From contig CAXXTF010000002.1 of assembly GCA_963665775.2 (NCBI GenBank), positions 1,088,001 to 1,152,000 of the forward strand: a stretch of DNA of 64,000 bases, given 5' to 3'. The notes under the pieces were generated by a model. That model was not told where the DNA came from. It did not search any database and saw nothing but the letters and a program-made list of their open reading frames with translations. Both the position numbers and the translations under genes were made by a program. This document shows, piece by piece, positions 8,804 to 20,055 of the stretch (within the stretch, counting starts at the first letter, position 1; each line of letters starts with the position of its first letter). The DNA is from Dehalococcoidia bacterium. GTDB taxonomy: Bacteria > Chloroflexota > Dehalococcoidia > SM23-28-2 > RBG-16-64-32.

Positions 8804-9214
8804 ATGGTAAGCAGACGACGCAGGGCCCGAATCCTGGCCCTCCAGGCCCTGTTCGAGCTGGACACCGTGGGCCATCAGCCCGACCAGACTATAGCTAGCC
8901 TCCTAGATGAGACCCCCACGCCAAAGGATAGCGAAGAATTCGCGCGGGAGCTGGTGCAGGGCGTCCTCCAGAACCAGGAGCGGATCGACGCGGTGATCCG
9001 CAAGAAAGCGCCAGCCTGGCCCCTGGAACAGGTGGCAGCCATAGACCGAAACATCCTGAGGCTTGCCATATACGAAATCGTCATTGATAATAAGGTGCCG
9101 ATGCGTGCCGCCATAAATGAGGCTGTAGACCTAGCCAAGGAGTTTGGCGGCGAGACTTCCCCAAAGTTTGTTAACGGAGTATTGGGATCAGTTAGCCTTT
9201 CGGCAACGGGCTGA
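8804..9214 (+). CDS. nusB: Transcription antitermination factor NusB
   Basis: RRRARILALQALF, DRNILR, INEAVDLAK and FVNGVL motifs. Confidence 0.96.
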   Translation: MVSRRRRARILALQALFELDTVGHQPDQTIASLLDETPTPKDSEEFARELVQGVLQNQERIDAVIRKKAPAWPLEQVAAIDRNILRLAIYEIVIDNKVPMRAAINEAVDLAKEFGGETSPKFVNGVLGSVSLSATG

Positions 9215-9243
9215 CGAGAAGGCTAACGATAAGGAGGTGACTA

Positions 9244-9510
9244 GTGGCCACTGTCTTGGAACGGGTACGGAAGATTATCGCCGATCAACTCGGCGTTGAC
9301 GAGAAGGAGATCACCCCAGAGACATCGTTTGTCGATGACCTCAACGCTGACTCCTTGGACCTGGTGGAACTCATCATGTCGCTGGAGGAGGAGTTCAGCA
9401 AAGAGGGCAAAAGCATGGAGGTCTCTGACGAGGACGCCGAAAAGATGGCAACCGTGGGGGACGCGGTCAACTACATCGTCGAACACGGTATCGCCGAAGA
9501 CGAGTCCTAG
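9244..9510 (+). CDS. acpP: Acyl carrier protein
   Basis: [14 protein letters not shown]; AAGGAGGTGA SD. Confidence 0.96.
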   Translation: MATVLERVRKIIADQLGVDEKEITPETSFVDDLNADSLDLVELIMSLEEEFSKEGKSMEVSDEDAEKMATVGDAVNYIVEHGIAEDES

Positions 9511-9622
9511 CCTGGCGGCGGCGCGAGCCTTCAATATCCCTCCATTACCCAGCAGGCTTATATCCCTCACCCAGCGCGGGGGCTCCTCTTGCCCCACGCT
9601 TGTCATATAATGGAACTGAGAT

Positions 9623-10366
9623 ATGAACATTCTCGGCGTCGGCCCTCTGGAGATCCTCCTGGTCATGATCATCGCGGTCATCGTGGTGGGGCCGCAGCGT
9701 TTCCCAGAGATGGCTGTACAGGCGGCCCGCGCCCTCAAGTACCTGCGCACTTACGCCACCAGCGCGACCGCCCAGATGCGCGGCGAACTGGACGAGCTTT
9801 CAAGGGAGTATGCGGAGGTCCGCAAGGAGCTGCGAGAGCTTCGGCAGGTGGCTCAACAGGAGGTTGGCTCCATTACGGAGCAGCTCAACCAAGAGGTCTC
9901 CGCCGTTGCGGATACAGTTGACCAAGAAGTTTCCGCCGTCAGGGAGTCGGTTGACAAGGAGGTCTCCTCGGTTACGGAATCGGTTGGCACAGAGGTCTCC
10001 TCCGCCAAGGATGCCATGAACCGGGCCTTGCACGACAGCCAACCGATCATCGAGTCCAGCGGCGAGCCCCCTCCCCGAAAGCGACAAGCCGCCTCGTCAG
10101 GAGCGGCCTCCGCTGCGGACACAGACGGCGAGAAGCCTTCCCCGGCTATAGATAACAAGGAGCCGGCCTTGGCAGACGCTCAGCCGATCGTAGAGTCCAG
10201 CGCCGAATCCGCGCCCAAAAAGCGACGAGCCGCTTCGTCCGGGGCCGCCTCCGCTGCGGACACAGACGGCAAGAACCCAGCGTCGCCGGACGACCAGCCG
10301 ATCGTCGAGTCCGGGGCCAAACCGCCGCCCAAAAAGCGGCGGGCGCGGGGTCCAGCCGCATCCTGA
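9623..10366 (+). CDS. tatB: Twin-arginine translocase TatB/TatA family subunit with repetitive tail
   Basis: GVGPLEILLVMIIAVIVVGPQRFPE; upstream of tatC. Confidence 0.88.
   Translation: MNILGVGPLEILLVMIIAVIVVGPQRFPEMAVQAARALKYLRTYATSATAQMRGELDELSREYAEVRKELRELRQVAQQEVGSITEQLNQEVSAVADTVDQEVSAVRESVDKEVSSVTESVGTEVSSAKDAMNRALHDSQPIIESSGEPPPRKRQAASSGAASAADTDGEKPSPAIDNKEPALADAQPIVESSAESAPKKRRAASSGAASAADTDGKNPASPDDQPIVESGAKPPPKKRRARGPAAS
9890..10345 (+). repeat. Intragenic repeats in tatB: about 4 x 33-bp units and 3 copies of a QPI(I/V)ES block
   Basis: QEVSAVADTVD/QEVSAVRESVD/KEVSSVTESVG; QPI(I/V)ES blocks start at 10040, 10181 and 10295. Confidence 0.8.
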
Positions 10367-10402
10367 AAGAAGCCCCATGGTAAGCGCCCCTGAGCGATCA
10401 CG

Positions 10403-11173
10403 ATGAGCGTCTCCGCACCGTCCGAGCAAGCCCCGGGCGGCCCCCCCAGCGGCATCAGCGACAAGCAGCTGACCCTGATGGAGCATCTACAGGAGGCCCG
10501 CTTCCGGCTCTTCGTGTCCGCGGTCACCGTGGTCGTCGGGCTCGGCATCACCGCCTACTTCGGCAAGGACGTAATCGAATTCCTGAAGCAGCCGGCCGTG
10601 GACCGCAGCCCCGACTTCGAGCTTCAGTTCATCGAGCCTTTCGAGCTGTTCGTCACCTACTTCCGGGTGGCCCTCCTGGGAGGACTTATCTTCGGCATGC
10701 CGATGATTCTCTACCAGACCCTGCGCTTCGTCTCGCCCGGCCTCAGCGGCAACGAACGGCGCTGGGTGTACTTCACCGTGGTGGGATCATCGGGGCTATT
10801 CCTGGGCGGCGTGGCCTTCGCCTACTACATCGCCCTGCCGCCAGCCCTCGGTTTTTTACTGAACTTCGGCGGCGACCTGGCTGATCCAAACATCCGGATC
10901 GGCAGCTACATCGATTTCGTGACCAGGCTACTCTTCTGGACAGGCATCTCCTTCGAAACCCCCATTATAGTCATGTTCCTGTCCCGATTCGGCGTCGTCA
11001 GCCCCCGCCAGTTAATCCGCTGGTGGCGCCTGGCAATCGTTGCCGCCTTCATCGTCGCGGCCATCGTCACGCCCACGATAGACCCCGTAACCCAGTCCCT
11101 GATAGCCGGGCCTATCATCGTCCTCTACTTCCTGGGCATCGCCCTGGCCTACTTGGTGACCCGAAATCGATAA
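10403..11173 (+). CDS. tatC: Twin-arginine translocase TatC
   Basis: MEHLQEARFR, FVSPGL, SFETP and IVTPTIDP motifs. Confidence 0.96.
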   Translation: MSVSAPSEQAPGGPPSGISDKQLTLMEHLQEARFRLFVSAVTVVVGLGITAYFGKDVIEFLKQPAVDRSPDFELQFIEPFELFVTYFRVALLGGLIFGMPMILYQTLRFVSPGLSGNERRWVYFTVVGSSGLFLGGVAFAYYIALPPALGFLLNFGGDLADPNIRIGSYIDFVTRLLFWTGISFETPIIVMFLSRFGVVSPRQLIRWWRLAIVAAFIVAAIVTPTIDPVTQSLIAGPIIVLYFLGIALAYLVTRNR

Positions 11174-11286
11174 GGTGGAGAGCGGCTCCCACCAAAAGGA
11201 TGGGCCTCCAAACGGCAGGGGTGCCGCCACCTCCCGTAGACGCCGGAATTGACCCTCTTCCACGCTCACGCTATCATCGTCTCAAC

Positions 11287-11895
11287 GTGAGCGAGCTCCA
11301 AGAGCTGCACAAAACCATCGCTGTCTGTACCGACTGCGACCTCTGCCGCACCCGCACCCACGCCGTCCCTGGTGAAGGGGCCCCAGACGCCGAAGTCATG
11401 CTTGTGGGCGAGGCCCCGGGCTTCTACAAGGATCAGCAGGCCCGCCCCTTCATCGGCCCCGCCGGGCGCTTTCTAGACGCCCTTATTACGTCCGCCGGAC
11501 TGAAGAGGGAGCAGCTGTACATCGCCAACGTCATCAAGTGTCGCCCTCCCGATAACCGCGACCCCCTGCCGACGGAGATAGAGGCCTGTCGCAAGCACCT
11601 CCGGCGCCAGATCGAGCTGATCAAGCCCCGTCTGATAGTCACACTGGGCCGCTACTCCCTATCCTGGTTCTTCCCCCGCGAATCCATCGGGAAGGTGCAC
11701 GGGCGTCCCCGCACTAGGGACGGCATCTGCTTCCTCCCCATGTACCACCCCGCCGCGGCCCTCCACGCCGGCAACATGCGCAAGGTGATAGAGGAGGACT
11801 TCCGGAGAATACCGGAGGTGCTAGAGACCGCCCGGCAAGCCCAGCCGGTGGCAACGGCCCCTGAACCTGAGCCTGAACAGATGCGGCTTTTCTAG
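11287..11895 (+). CDS. Uracil-DNA glycosylase family 4 (4Fe-4S)
   Basis: CTDC, VGEAPG, PFIGPAG, KCRPPDNRDP and YHPAA; probable GTG start at 11287. Confidence 0.93.
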   Translation: MSELQELHKTIAVCTDCDLCRTRTHAVPGEGAPDAEVMLVGEAPGFYKDQQARPFIGPAGRFLDALITSAGLKREQLYIANVIKCRPPDNRDPLPTEIEACRKHLRRQIELIKPRLIVTLGRYSLSWFFPRESIGKVHGRPRTRDGICFLPMYHPAAALHAGNMRKVIEEDFRRIPEVLETARQAQPVATAPEPEPEQMRLF

Positions 11896-11901
11896 GTCAT
11901 C

Positions 11902-13569
11902 ATGGCTGAGAAGCTACGCGTCGTGCCCCTGGGCGGCCTGGGCGAGATCGGCAAGAACATGATGGTCATGGAGCTGGCCGATGACCTCATCGTGGTGGAC
12001 GCCGGCCTCATGTTCCCAAACACGGAGATGCTGGGGGTGGACCTGGTCATCCCCGATGTATCCTACATAGAGGAGCGCATCCATAAGCTACGCGGCATCG
12101 TCATCACTCACGGCCACGAAGATCATACCGGTGCCCTTCCTTACGTACTGCGGCGTCTGCGCCCGCCCGAGGGGAAACCGGTGCCCATTTATTGCACCCG
12201 CCTGGCTCACGGCCTTATCTCAGTCAAGCTGAAGGAACATAACCTCCTATCGGACGCGGATCTGCGCGTCGTAGGGGCCGGCGAACGGGTCCGGCTCGGT
12301 AACTTCAACGTGGAGTTCGTCCACATGACCCACAGCATCCCGGACTCGGCGGCCCTGGCCATCCAGACGCCGGTGGGCACCGTCTTTCACACCGGCGACT
12401 TCAAGCTGGACCACACACCCATCATGGGAAGGCCGCCGGACCTGTCCCGCATCGCGGAGATTGGGCGACAGGGCGTGCTGCTCCTCCTCTCGGACTCCAC
12501 GTACGCTGAGATTCCGGGCTATACCCCCTCGGAGCAGGTGGTGTCCGAGGCGTTGGACCGCATCATGGCCAACGCGCCGGGGCGCGTCATCGTGGCCACC
12601 TTCGCGTCCCTGATCGCCCGGGTCCAGCAGGTGATCGATGCCGCCACCCGGCACGACCGGCGCGTCTTCGTTACCGGCCGCAGCATGCTGAACAACGTAC
12701 AGATGGCCGTCGATCAGGGCTATCTGAACGCCCCAGACAATCTACTGGCCCCTCTAGAGAAGATGCGAGGCCTCCCACCAGAGCGCATCGCTATCGTCAC
12801 TACGGGCTCGCAGGGGGAACCCACGTCCGCTCTGGTGCGCATGGCCAACCACAACCACCGCTTCATAAAGATCCAGCCCGAGGACACCGTTGTCCTCTCG
12901 TCCTCCCCCATTCCCGGCAACGACCTGCTCATCAGTCACACTATCGATAACCTGTGCCGGATTGGGGCCAAGGTTCTGTACAGCCGAATCGCCGACGTGC
13001 ACGTCCGGGGCCACGCCGCCCAAGAGGAGCTCAAGCTGATGCTTAGCCTGGTTGGGCCACGCTACTTCGTGCCCGTTCACGGGGAATACCGTCATCTGGT
13101 GATGCACGCTGAGATCGCCCGCTCTATGGGCGTGCCCGAACAGAACGTATTCACTCTGGAGGATGGCGATATCCTGGAGGTGGACGGGCAGGGAGCGCAG
13201 GTTGTTGGCCGCGCCTCTTCTGATTTCGTGTACGTGGATGGCCTGGCCGTAGGGTTCGACCAGGTGATTCTGCGCGACCGGAAGCACCTGGCGGAGGACG
13301 GCGTCATCGTCGCCATCGTCACCATCGACAAGCACACCGGTAAACCAATCGGCCACCCCGACGTTGTATCTAGGGGATTTGTCGAAACGGAAATGTCTGA
13401 AAGCCTGATGGAAGGAGCCCGGGAGGCCATCATGGAAGCGTTATCTGGGGCCGAGCACGTCGCCGAGCGCAGCGATTTCAACGCGCGCGTCCGGGACGCC
13501 CTCTCCCGCTACCTCTACGATGAGACCCGGCGACGGCCCATGATTCTGCCCATGAGCGTGGAAGTCTAG
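11902..13569 (+). CDS. rnj: Ribonuclease J
   Basis: PLGGLGEIGKN, THGHEDH, TGDFK, GSQGEP and PVHGEYRH motifs. Confidence 0.96.
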   Translation: MAEKLRVVPLGGLGEIGKNMMVMELADDLIVVDAGLMFPNTEMLGVDLVIPDVSYIEERIHKLRGIVITHGHEDHTGALPYVLRRLRPPEGKPVPIYCTRLAHGLISVKLKEHNLLSDADLRVVGAGERVRLGNFNVEFVHMTHSIPDSAALAIQTPVGTVFHTGDFKLDHTPIMGRPPDLSRIAEIGRQGVLLLLSDSTYAEIPGYTPSEQVVSEALDRIMANAPGRVIVATFASLIARVQQVIDAATRHDRRVFVTGRSMLNNVQMAVDQGYLNAPDNLLAPLEKMRGLPPERIAIVTTGSQGEPTSALVRMANHNHRFIKIQPEDTVVLSSSPIPGNDLLISHTIDNLCRIGAKVLYSRIADVHVRGHAAQEELKLMLSLVGPRYFVPVHGEYRHLVMHAEIARSMGVPEQNVFTLEDGDILEVDGQGAQVVGRASSDFVYVDGLAVGFDQVILRDRKHLAEDGVIVAIVTIDKHTGKPIGHPDVVSRGFVETEMSESLMEGAREAIMEALSGAEHVAERSDFNARVRDALSRYLYDETRRRPMILPMSVEV

Positions 13570-13576
13570 TCCAGCG

Positions 13577-15979
13577 ATGCCGGTAAAGACCAGGTCTCGG
13601 CCCCGCAGCGGGGCTGTTAGCTACCGATCCGGGCGCACTGGCCCGCGTCGCGTCTCTCGCCGCTCGTCCCCCCTGACCCGCCTGACACACTCCGCGCGGG
13701 TGCGACCACGGTATTGGCTGGGCGGAGCTGCCCTCCTCGCTCTAGCGGTGGCTATACTGCTCCTTAGGCCAACCATCATCGACGGCTTCGAGGAGGCCGT
13801 GAGCCTGTTCGGGCTGGGGCTGGCCCTGCTGGCCGTCGCCATCGCCGCCGACGTAAGACTAGCCCTGCGGCGACCGGCCCTCACCCGCACTTTCTGGCGG
13901 ACGTGGGCAGGGCTGCACCTGACCTTCTTCTTCGTGCTTGGGCTGGCGGCGTTCTTCAAGCCGGGGTGGCAGATCGGAGACGTCTCATTCTCGGAGGTGA
14001 GCGCCGGCGGCGACCTGGGCCGGCAGCTGGCGGGAAGCGTCCTGGGCATCCTGGGCTGGCTGGCTATAGGCCTGGCCAGCGTAAGCCTGATCTACCCACA
14101 AAGCATCCGCCTGGCCGGCCACGGCTCCCTCGCCAGCCTCAGGTATACCGTATCGTTGCGGATCCCGCAGCGCCTGGCCGGTGTCTTCCTGTCGTTCTTC
14201 ACCGCCCTTCTGCCCAAAGTTGAGGAAGAGACCGAGGCCATAAAGGAGCCTACCTACATCCCCCAGTGGGACGAGAAATGGGAGGAGAGCCCGCCTGCCG
14301 CGGAACCCGAGGAGTTTCCCGACTCTCCAGTCGCCACGGAGGAAACCACGGATCAGGAGGAAGGGGCGGAGCCCGTCCTGGCCGTCGGCAGGCCCGAAGA
14401 GGAGCCGGCCAACTTCCAGCCGGCGCTGCCCATGGGCCGCCCGGCCGGCAACCGCTGGGAGCTGCCGCCGTTGAAGCTGCTGACCGAAGCCGCCGAGATT
14501 GAGCTACGCCCCGTGGACAATGAGATCAAAGCCAAGCTTATCGTAGATACGCTCGCCTCTTTCGGGGTGAATGCCCGCGTAGTTAACATCAACCAGGGAC
14601 CGACGATCACCCAGTTCGGCATAGAGCCCGGATGGGAGACCAAGACCCGCGCCGTCGCCGTTCGCGACGAGAAGGGACGCCCCACCTATGACAGGGACGG
14701 CAAGCCAAAGATGCACACGGAGGTGGTCTCCCGAACCAGGGTGCGGGTAAGCCGGATCACGGGGCTAGCGAACGACCTATCGCTGGCGCTGGCCGCTCCC
14801 ACGATCCGTATCGAGGCGCCGGTGCCGGGCAAGCCCGTCGTCGGTATCGAGGTGCCCAACAACACCGCCTCCCTGGTCGCTCTACGCGGCGTCATCGAGC
14901 ACACGGCCTTCCAGAAGACCGTCGCCCGTACCACCCTCGCCATAGGGTTGGGCAAGGGAGTCTCCGGCGAGTCCATAGCGGCGGACCTGGCCAAGATGCC
15001 CCACCTGCTCGTGGCCGGCGCCACCGGCAGCGGCAAGAGCGTCTGCATCAACTCCATCATCGTCAGCTTGCTCCTGCACAACACACCGGAGCAGCTCCGT
15101 CTGGTCCTCATCGACCCCAAGCGGGTGGAGATGACCGCCCTCGCCCACATCCCGCACCTGGCCTTCTCCCGCGTCATCACCGACATCGAGGAGGTCCCCG
15201 GCGTCCTGCAGGCCGTGATCCACGAGATGGACAGCCGCTATCGAAGGTTCGCCAGCATGGGCGTCCGCAACATCGAAGCGCACAACAAGAGCCCTCGCGC
15301 TACCCACGAGCTGCCCTACTGGGTGGTCATTATCGATGAGCTGGCGGACCTTATGATGTCCGCGCCCTATCAGGTGGAACGTCAGATCTGCCGTCTGGCC
15401 CAGCTGGCCCGAGCGACCGGCATCCATCTGGTGATCGCCACTCAGCGCCCATCGGTGGACGTGGTGACGGGTCTCATCAAGGCTAACTTCCCTACCCGCA
15501 TCGCCTTCGCGGTCTCCTCCCAGGTGGATTCGCGCACCATCATCGACGGCGCCGGAGCCGAAAAGCTCCTGGGCCGCGGCGACATGCTGTTCATGCCCAC
15601 GGACGCCTCCAAGCCGCGGCGGCTCCAGGGCTCCTTTGTCTCCGATCAAGAGCTGGAGCGGGTCGTAGACTGGTGGACCAACGACCGCTTTCGCCACCTG
15701 CGGCCCGAGGCCATGGATCACCTTCTGCAGGAGGTTCAGGCTGAGGAGGACACGGGTTCGGCGACGGAGGATGACTCGCTGTATGAGTCCGCCAAGGAGC
15801 TGGCCACCCAGCACGCCCGTATCTCCACCTCGCTGCTGCAGCGCCGGCTGCACATCGGCTATCCGCGGGCGGCCCGCCTCGTCGATATGCTGGAGGAGGA
15901 AGGAGTCGTCTCAGCCTCCGAGGGAGGCCAGTCGCGCCAGGTCCTGATAACCCAGGACGACACCGAGCAGTTCGAGTAG
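13577..15979 (+). CDS. ftsK: DNA translocase FtsK/SpoIIIE
   Basis: N-terminal TM region, AGATGSGKS, IIDELADLMM, ATQRPSVDV and gamma domain (LQRRLHIGYPRAARL). Confidence 0.96.
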   Translation: MPVKTRSRPRSGAVSYRSGRTGPRRVSRRSSPLTRLTHSARVRPRYWLGGAALLALAVAILLLRPTIIDGFEEAVSLFGLGLALLAVAIAADVRLALRRPALTRTFWRTWAGLHLTFFFVLGLAAFFKPGWQIGDVSFSEVSAGGDLGRQLAGSVLGILGWLAIGLASVSLIYPQSIRLAGHGSLASLRYTVSLRIPQRLAGVFLSFFTALLPKVEEETEAIKEPTYIPQWDEKWEESPPAAEPEEFPDSPVATEETTDQEEGAEPVLAVGRPEEEPANFQPALPMGRPAGNRWELPPLKLLTEAAEIELRPVDNEIKAKLIVDTLASFGVNARVVNINQGPTITQFGIEPGWETKTRAVAVRDEKGRPTYDRDGKPKMHTEVVSRTRVRVSRITGLANDLSLALAAPTIRIEAPVPGKPVVGIEVPNNTASLVALRGVIEHTAFQKTVARTTLAIGLGKGVSGESIAADLAKMPHLLVAGATGSGKSVCINSIIVSLLLHNTPEQLRLVLIDPKRVEMTALAHIPHLAFSRVITDIEEVPGVLQAVIHEMDSRYRRFASMGVRNIEAHNKSPRATHELPYWVVIIDELADLMMSAPYQVERQICRLAQLARATGIHLVIATQRPSVDVVTGLIKANFPTRIAFAVSSQVDSRTIIDGAGAEKLLGRGDMLFMPTDASKPRRLQGSFVSDQELERVVDWWTNDRFRHLRPEAMDHLLQEVQAEEDTGSATEDDSLYESAKELATQHARISTSLLQRRLHIGYPRAARLVDMLEEEGVVSASEGGQSRQVLITQDDTEQFE

Positions 15980-15998
15980 CACCAGCACCGGCGATCCC

Positions 15999-18065
15999 CT
16001 AGCGCCGGCGATGGGGGCGAGCGTGCGTGCTCTGCCGCATCTCCGAGATGTAGCTCAGCCCCTCTTCATCGCCGACCAGCTCGCGCCGCAGCTCGACGAT
16101 GCGATCCCGGAGAAGCGCCGCCTTCTCGAACTCCAGGTTGCGGGCGGCGTCCTTCATCTGCTTCTCCAACTCCTTGACCAGCCGCGCGATCTCGTCCTTG
16201 GGAATGGGCCCGGTAACGTAGTCCGGCCGCTCCTCCGCCACCTGACGGACCCGGTCCGTTATGTCCCGAACCGCCTTATGAATCCCCTCCGGCTGAATGC
16301 CGTGGCGCTGGTTGTGCTCCTCCTGGAGGCGCCGCCGCCGCTCCGTCTCGTCGATGGCGCGGCGCATCGAATCGGTGACCCTATCACCGTACATTATGGC
16401 GCGGCCGCTGACGTGGCGGGCGGCGCGGCCCATGGTCTGGATCAGCGACCACTCTGAGCGCAGGTAGCCCTCCTTATCGGCGTCCAGAATGGCTACGAGG
16501 CTCACCTCCGGCAGGTCCAGCCCCTCCCGCAGCAGGTTGATCCCCACGACGACGTCGTATACGCCCAGGCGAAAGTCCCGCAGGATCTCCACCCGCTCCA
16601 GGGTCTGGATCTCGGAGTGAAGGTAGTGGGTCTTGACCCCCATCTCGATCAGGTAGTCGGCCAGGTCCTCGGCCATCTTCTTGGTCAAGGTGGTCACCAG
16701 CACCCGCTCGCCACGTTCGGCGCGCTCCCGAATCTCGTCCAGCAGGTCGTCGACCTGACCCGCGGTGGGCCGGACCTCGACGACGGGGTCGAGGAGGCCG
16801 GTGGGGCGGATAATCTGCTCGACGATCTGCTCGCTGTGCTCATGCTCCCAGGGGCCGGGCGTAGCCGAGACGTAGATTACCTGCCTGACGTGAGCAAGAA
16901 ACTCGTCGAAGTTCAGAGGGCGATTGTCCAACGCCGAGGGTAGGCGAAAGCCGTAGTCCACCAGCGTCCGCTTGCGGGAGATGTCGCCGTGGAACATGCC
17001 GCGGATCTGGGGAACGGCCATGTGCGACTCGTCGATAAACAGAAGGAAGTCGTCCGGGAAGTAATCCAGGAGAGTCCAGGGCTGCGAGCCGCAGGCTTCG
17101 GCGATACCGTTGCCGGTGCGGTGTCGCCGCGCCAGGTGGCAGGAGTAGTTCTCGATGCCGGAGCAGTAGCCCTGCTCCCGCAGCGACTCCATATCGTAGC
17201 GGGTGCGCTCCAGCAGCCGCTGCGCCTCCACGAGCTTGCCCCGCTCCTGGAGCCAATCGCACCGCTCCGCCAGCTCCGTCTCGATGTCGGCGATTGCGAC
17301 CTCCAGCTTTTCCTGAGAGGTGACGAAGTGCTTGGCGGGATAGATATCGATGGCGTCCATCTCGGCCAGGACCTCGCCCGTAAGGGGATCGAGCTGGAGG
17401 ATGCGCTCCACCTCGTCGCCCCAGAAGTCGATGCGGACGGCCAGCTCCTCGTAGGCCGGCAGGATCGTGAGGCTATCGCCGCGCAGGCGGAAGCGGCCGC
17501 GCACCAGGTTCTGGTCGTTGCGCTCGTACTGCATGTCGACGAGGCGGCGGAGGGCGCGCTGGCGGTTGATCGCCCCGCCCTTCTTGAAGCTGAGGACGAA
17601 CTTGTAGTACTCGGAGGGCTCGCCCAGGCCGTAGATGCAGGAGACGGAGGCGACGATGACGATGTCACGACGCTCGAAGAGGGCGCGGGTAGCGGCATGA
17701 CGCAGCTTGTCGATCTCCTCGTTGATGTCGGCATCCTTGGCGATGTAGGTGTCGCTGCGGGGGATATAGGCCTCCGGCTGGTAGTAGTCGTAGTAGGAGA
17801 CGAAGTACTCCACGGCGTTCTCGGGGAAGAACTCGCGGAACTCGGCGTAGAGCTGGGCGGCGAGGGTCTTGTTGGGGGAGATGACGAGGGCGGGGCAGCC
17901 GTAGTGGGCGATGACGTTCGCCATGTTGAATGTCTTGCCGCTACCGGTGACGCCCAGGAGCGTCTGGTGCTTCTGACCGGCCTCCAGCCCCTGGAGGAGC
18001 TTATCGACGGCCTGCGGCTGGTCGCCGGTCATCTGGTAGTCAGAGACGAGGTGGAAGTCGGTCAT
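15999..18065 (-). CDS. uvrB: Excinuclease ABC subunit B
   Basis: [33 protein letters not shown] and UVR tail; start ATG 18065 with GAGG SD. Confidence 0.97.
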   Translation of the reverse strand: MTDFHLVSDYQMTGDQPQAVDKLLQGLEAGQKHQTLLGVTGSGKTFNMANVIAHYGCPALVISPNKTLAAQLYAEFREFFPENAVEYFVSYYDYYQPEAYIPRSDTYIAKDADINEEIDKLRHAATRALFERRDIVIVASVSCIYGLGEPSEYYKFVLSFKKGGAINRQRALRRLVDMQYERNDQNLVRGRFRLRGDSLTILPAYEELAVRIDFWGDEVERILQLDPLTGEVLAEMDAIDIYPAKHFVTSQEKLEVAIADIETELAERCDWLQERGKLVEAQRLLERTRYDMESLREQGYCSGIENYSCHLARRHRTGNGIAEACGSQPWTLLDYFPDDFLLFIDESHMAVPQIRGMFHGDISRKRTLVDYGFRLPSALDNRPLNFDEFLAHVRQVIYVSATPGPWEHEHSEQIVEQIIRPTGLLDPVVEVRPTAGQVDDLLDEIRERAERGERVLVTTLTKKMAEDLADYLIEMGVKTHYLHSEIQTLERVEILRDFRLGVYDVVVGINLLREGLDLPEVSLVAILDADKEGYLRSEWSLIQTMGRAARHVSGRAIMYGDRVTDSMRRAIDETERRRRLQEEHNQRHGIQPEGIHKAVRDITDRVRQVAEERPDYVTGPIPKDEIARLVKELEKQMKDAARNLEFEKAALLRDRIVELRRELVGDEEGLSYISEMRQSTHARPHRRR

Positions 18066-18165
18066 GGCTACCTCAATTGTAGCGCGTTTGCGGCCTCGCT
18101 TGTCAGGCCCTACGGCGCACGGTATCATTGCCCCATCGTAAGAGACGGAATCATCGGGAGGGCCC

Positions 18166-18693
18166 ATGCGCATCGGCCTCATCTCTGACACCCACATCCC
18201 TTCATTTGGACGTGAGCTCTGGCCCCAGGTCTACGAGGCGTTCCGCGGCATGGACCTGATCATGCACGCCGGTGACCTGTACATCCCGGCGGTGCTGGAC
18301 TGGCTGGCCGAGGTAGCGCCAGTCGTCGCCGTCAGCGGCAACGGCGACTACGTGAGCTGGAAAAACGGCAAGGAGGTGCTGGACCCCCGTCTGCCGGAGA
18401 CGCAGTTGCTGGAGATCGAGGGGCTCCGGATCGGACTGATCCACCAGCTAGAGCCAGAGAGCCCGCTCTTCGGCACCTGGGAGCGCACCATCGAGCACTA
18501 CTTCGGCGAGCCGCCGGACGTCATCGTTGCCGGCCATACGCACGTGGAGGAGATAAGGACCCACGAGGGCGTGCTCCTGGTGAATCCCGGCAGCCCAACG
18601 CTCCCACATAACCGGCAACCCCGCCTGGGGACCGTCGGATTCCTGGAGATCGAGGGGGGGCGTGCGCGTCCCTCCCTTCTGCAGCTATCGTAG
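18166..18693 (+). CDS. YfcE/MJ0936-family metallophosphoesterase
   Basis: ISDTH, HAGD, GNGD, GHTH and NPGS motifs. Confidence 0.9.
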   Translation: MRIGLISDTHIPSFGRELWPQVYEAFRGMDLIMHAGDLYIPAVLDWLAEVAPVVAVSGNGDYVSWKNGKEVLDPRLPETQLLEIEGLRIGLIHQLEPESPLFGTWERTIEHYFGEPPDVIVAGHTHVEEIRTHEGVLLVNPGSPTLPHNRQPRLGTVGFLEIEGGRARPSLLQLS

Positions 18694-18780
18694 GGAACGG
18701 GCCAGCGCCACCTTCTCCCCTCGGCACCGCCTGAAAGACGAGAGGCGTACGGCTGATGAGCCTGTTACAGACCGCCAGGA

Positions 18781-20055
18781 ATGACGCCCGTGGAAGGGAT
18801 TGACCTCGCCGCCCTGCGGGATATCTGCTCGCAACCATACGGCTTCTGGCTGGACAGCGCCCTGACCGGCGGCCGCCTGGGCCAGCGCTCGTTCTGGGGC
18901 GCAGACCCTGATCTCGTGCTTCGCTCCTGGGGAGAGCGCATAGAGATCGAACGCTGTCGCGGCGTCACGGAGCGGTTCGAAGGCGACCCGTTCGACGTGC
19001 TGAGGGCGTTGCTGGCGGAGCGCACACAGGCGCCCGGCGGGGCCGCCGTCGGCTACCTCGGCTACGGGCTGAAACGCCACATCGAGCGCCTTCCCGATAC
19101 CGTCCTCGACGACCTGCGCCTTCCGGACTGCCACCTGGCGTTCTACGACCGGGTGCACCCGTTTGACCCTCGCCCGCTCTCCCCGCCGGCAGCGAGCCCG
19201 GGCCCGCCGGCCCAGTTCGAGGGGCTGCGCTCTACGTTCACCCGGGAGGAGTACGAGGCGGCGATCCGGCGGGCGCTCGCCTACATCCGGGCGGGCGACA
19301 TCTACCAAGTGAACCTCTCGCAGCGCTTCCAGGCTCCCTGCGGCGGCAACCCCTTCGATACGTACCTGGCCCTGCGCTCCCAGTCCCCAGCCCCCTTCGG
19401 CGCTTACCTCTCGTACCCTGGCTTCGCCGTCCTGTCATCGTCGCCGGAGCGCTTCCTGCGCTATCAGCCGCAAGGCAGCCTGGTGGAGACGCGGCCGATC
19501 AAGGGTACACGCCCGCGCGGGGCCGACCCGAGGTCCGATCGTGCCCTAGCCGGAGAGCTCTTGGCCAGCGCCAAGGACCGGGCCGAGAACGTCATGATCG
19601 TGGACCTGGAGCGGAACGACCTGGGAAGGGTGGCGGCGGTGGGAAGCGTGGTTGTCACCGGCCTCTGTGAGCTGGAGACGTACGCCACGGTCCATCACCT
19701 CACGTCGACCGTGCAGGCCCGCCTGAGTGCGGAACGGGATATCGTCGACCTGCTGCGGGCGACGTTTCCGGGCGGCTCCATCACGGGAGCGCCCAAGATC
19801 CGGGCTATGGAGATCATCGACGAGCTGGAACCGGTGGCCCGCGGCCTCTACACCGGCGCCATCGGCTACGTCGCCTTCGACGGCTCCCTGGACCTGAACG
19901 TCGCCATCCGGACGATGGTCGTAAAGGACGGCGTCGCCTCGTTTCATGTGGGCGGCGGCATCGTCGCCGACTCGGACCCGGCGCAGGAGTTCGAGGAGAC
20001 GCTGCACAAAGGTGCAGCCATGACCCGAGTCCTGGTAGGCGAGGGCGGACCATGA
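18781..20055 (+). CDS. pabB: Aminodeoxychorismate synthase component I
   Basis: GDIYQVNLSQR, SSPERFL, PIKGTRPR, ENVMIVDLERNDL and PGGSITGAPK motifs. Confidence 0.9.
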   Translation: MTPVEGIDLAALRDICSQPYGFWLDSALTGGRLGQRSFWGADPDLVLRSWGERIEIERCRGVTERFEGDPFDVLRALLAERTQAPGGAAVGYLGYGLKRHIERLPDTVLDDLRLPDCHLAFYDRVHPFDPRPLSPPAASPGPPAQFEGLRSTFTREEYEAAIRRALAYIRAGDIYQVNLSQRFQAPCGGNPFDTYLALRSQSPAPFGAYLSYPGFAVLSSSPERFLRYQPQGSLVETRPIKGTRPRGADPRSDRALAGELLASAKDRAENVMIVDLERNDLGRVAAVGSVVVTGLCELETYATVHHLTSTVQARLSAERDIVDLLRATFPGGSITGAPKIRAMEIIDELEPVARGLYTGAIGYVAFDGSLDLNVAIRTMVVKDGVASFHVGGGIVADSDPAQEFEETLHKGAAMTRVLVGEGGP

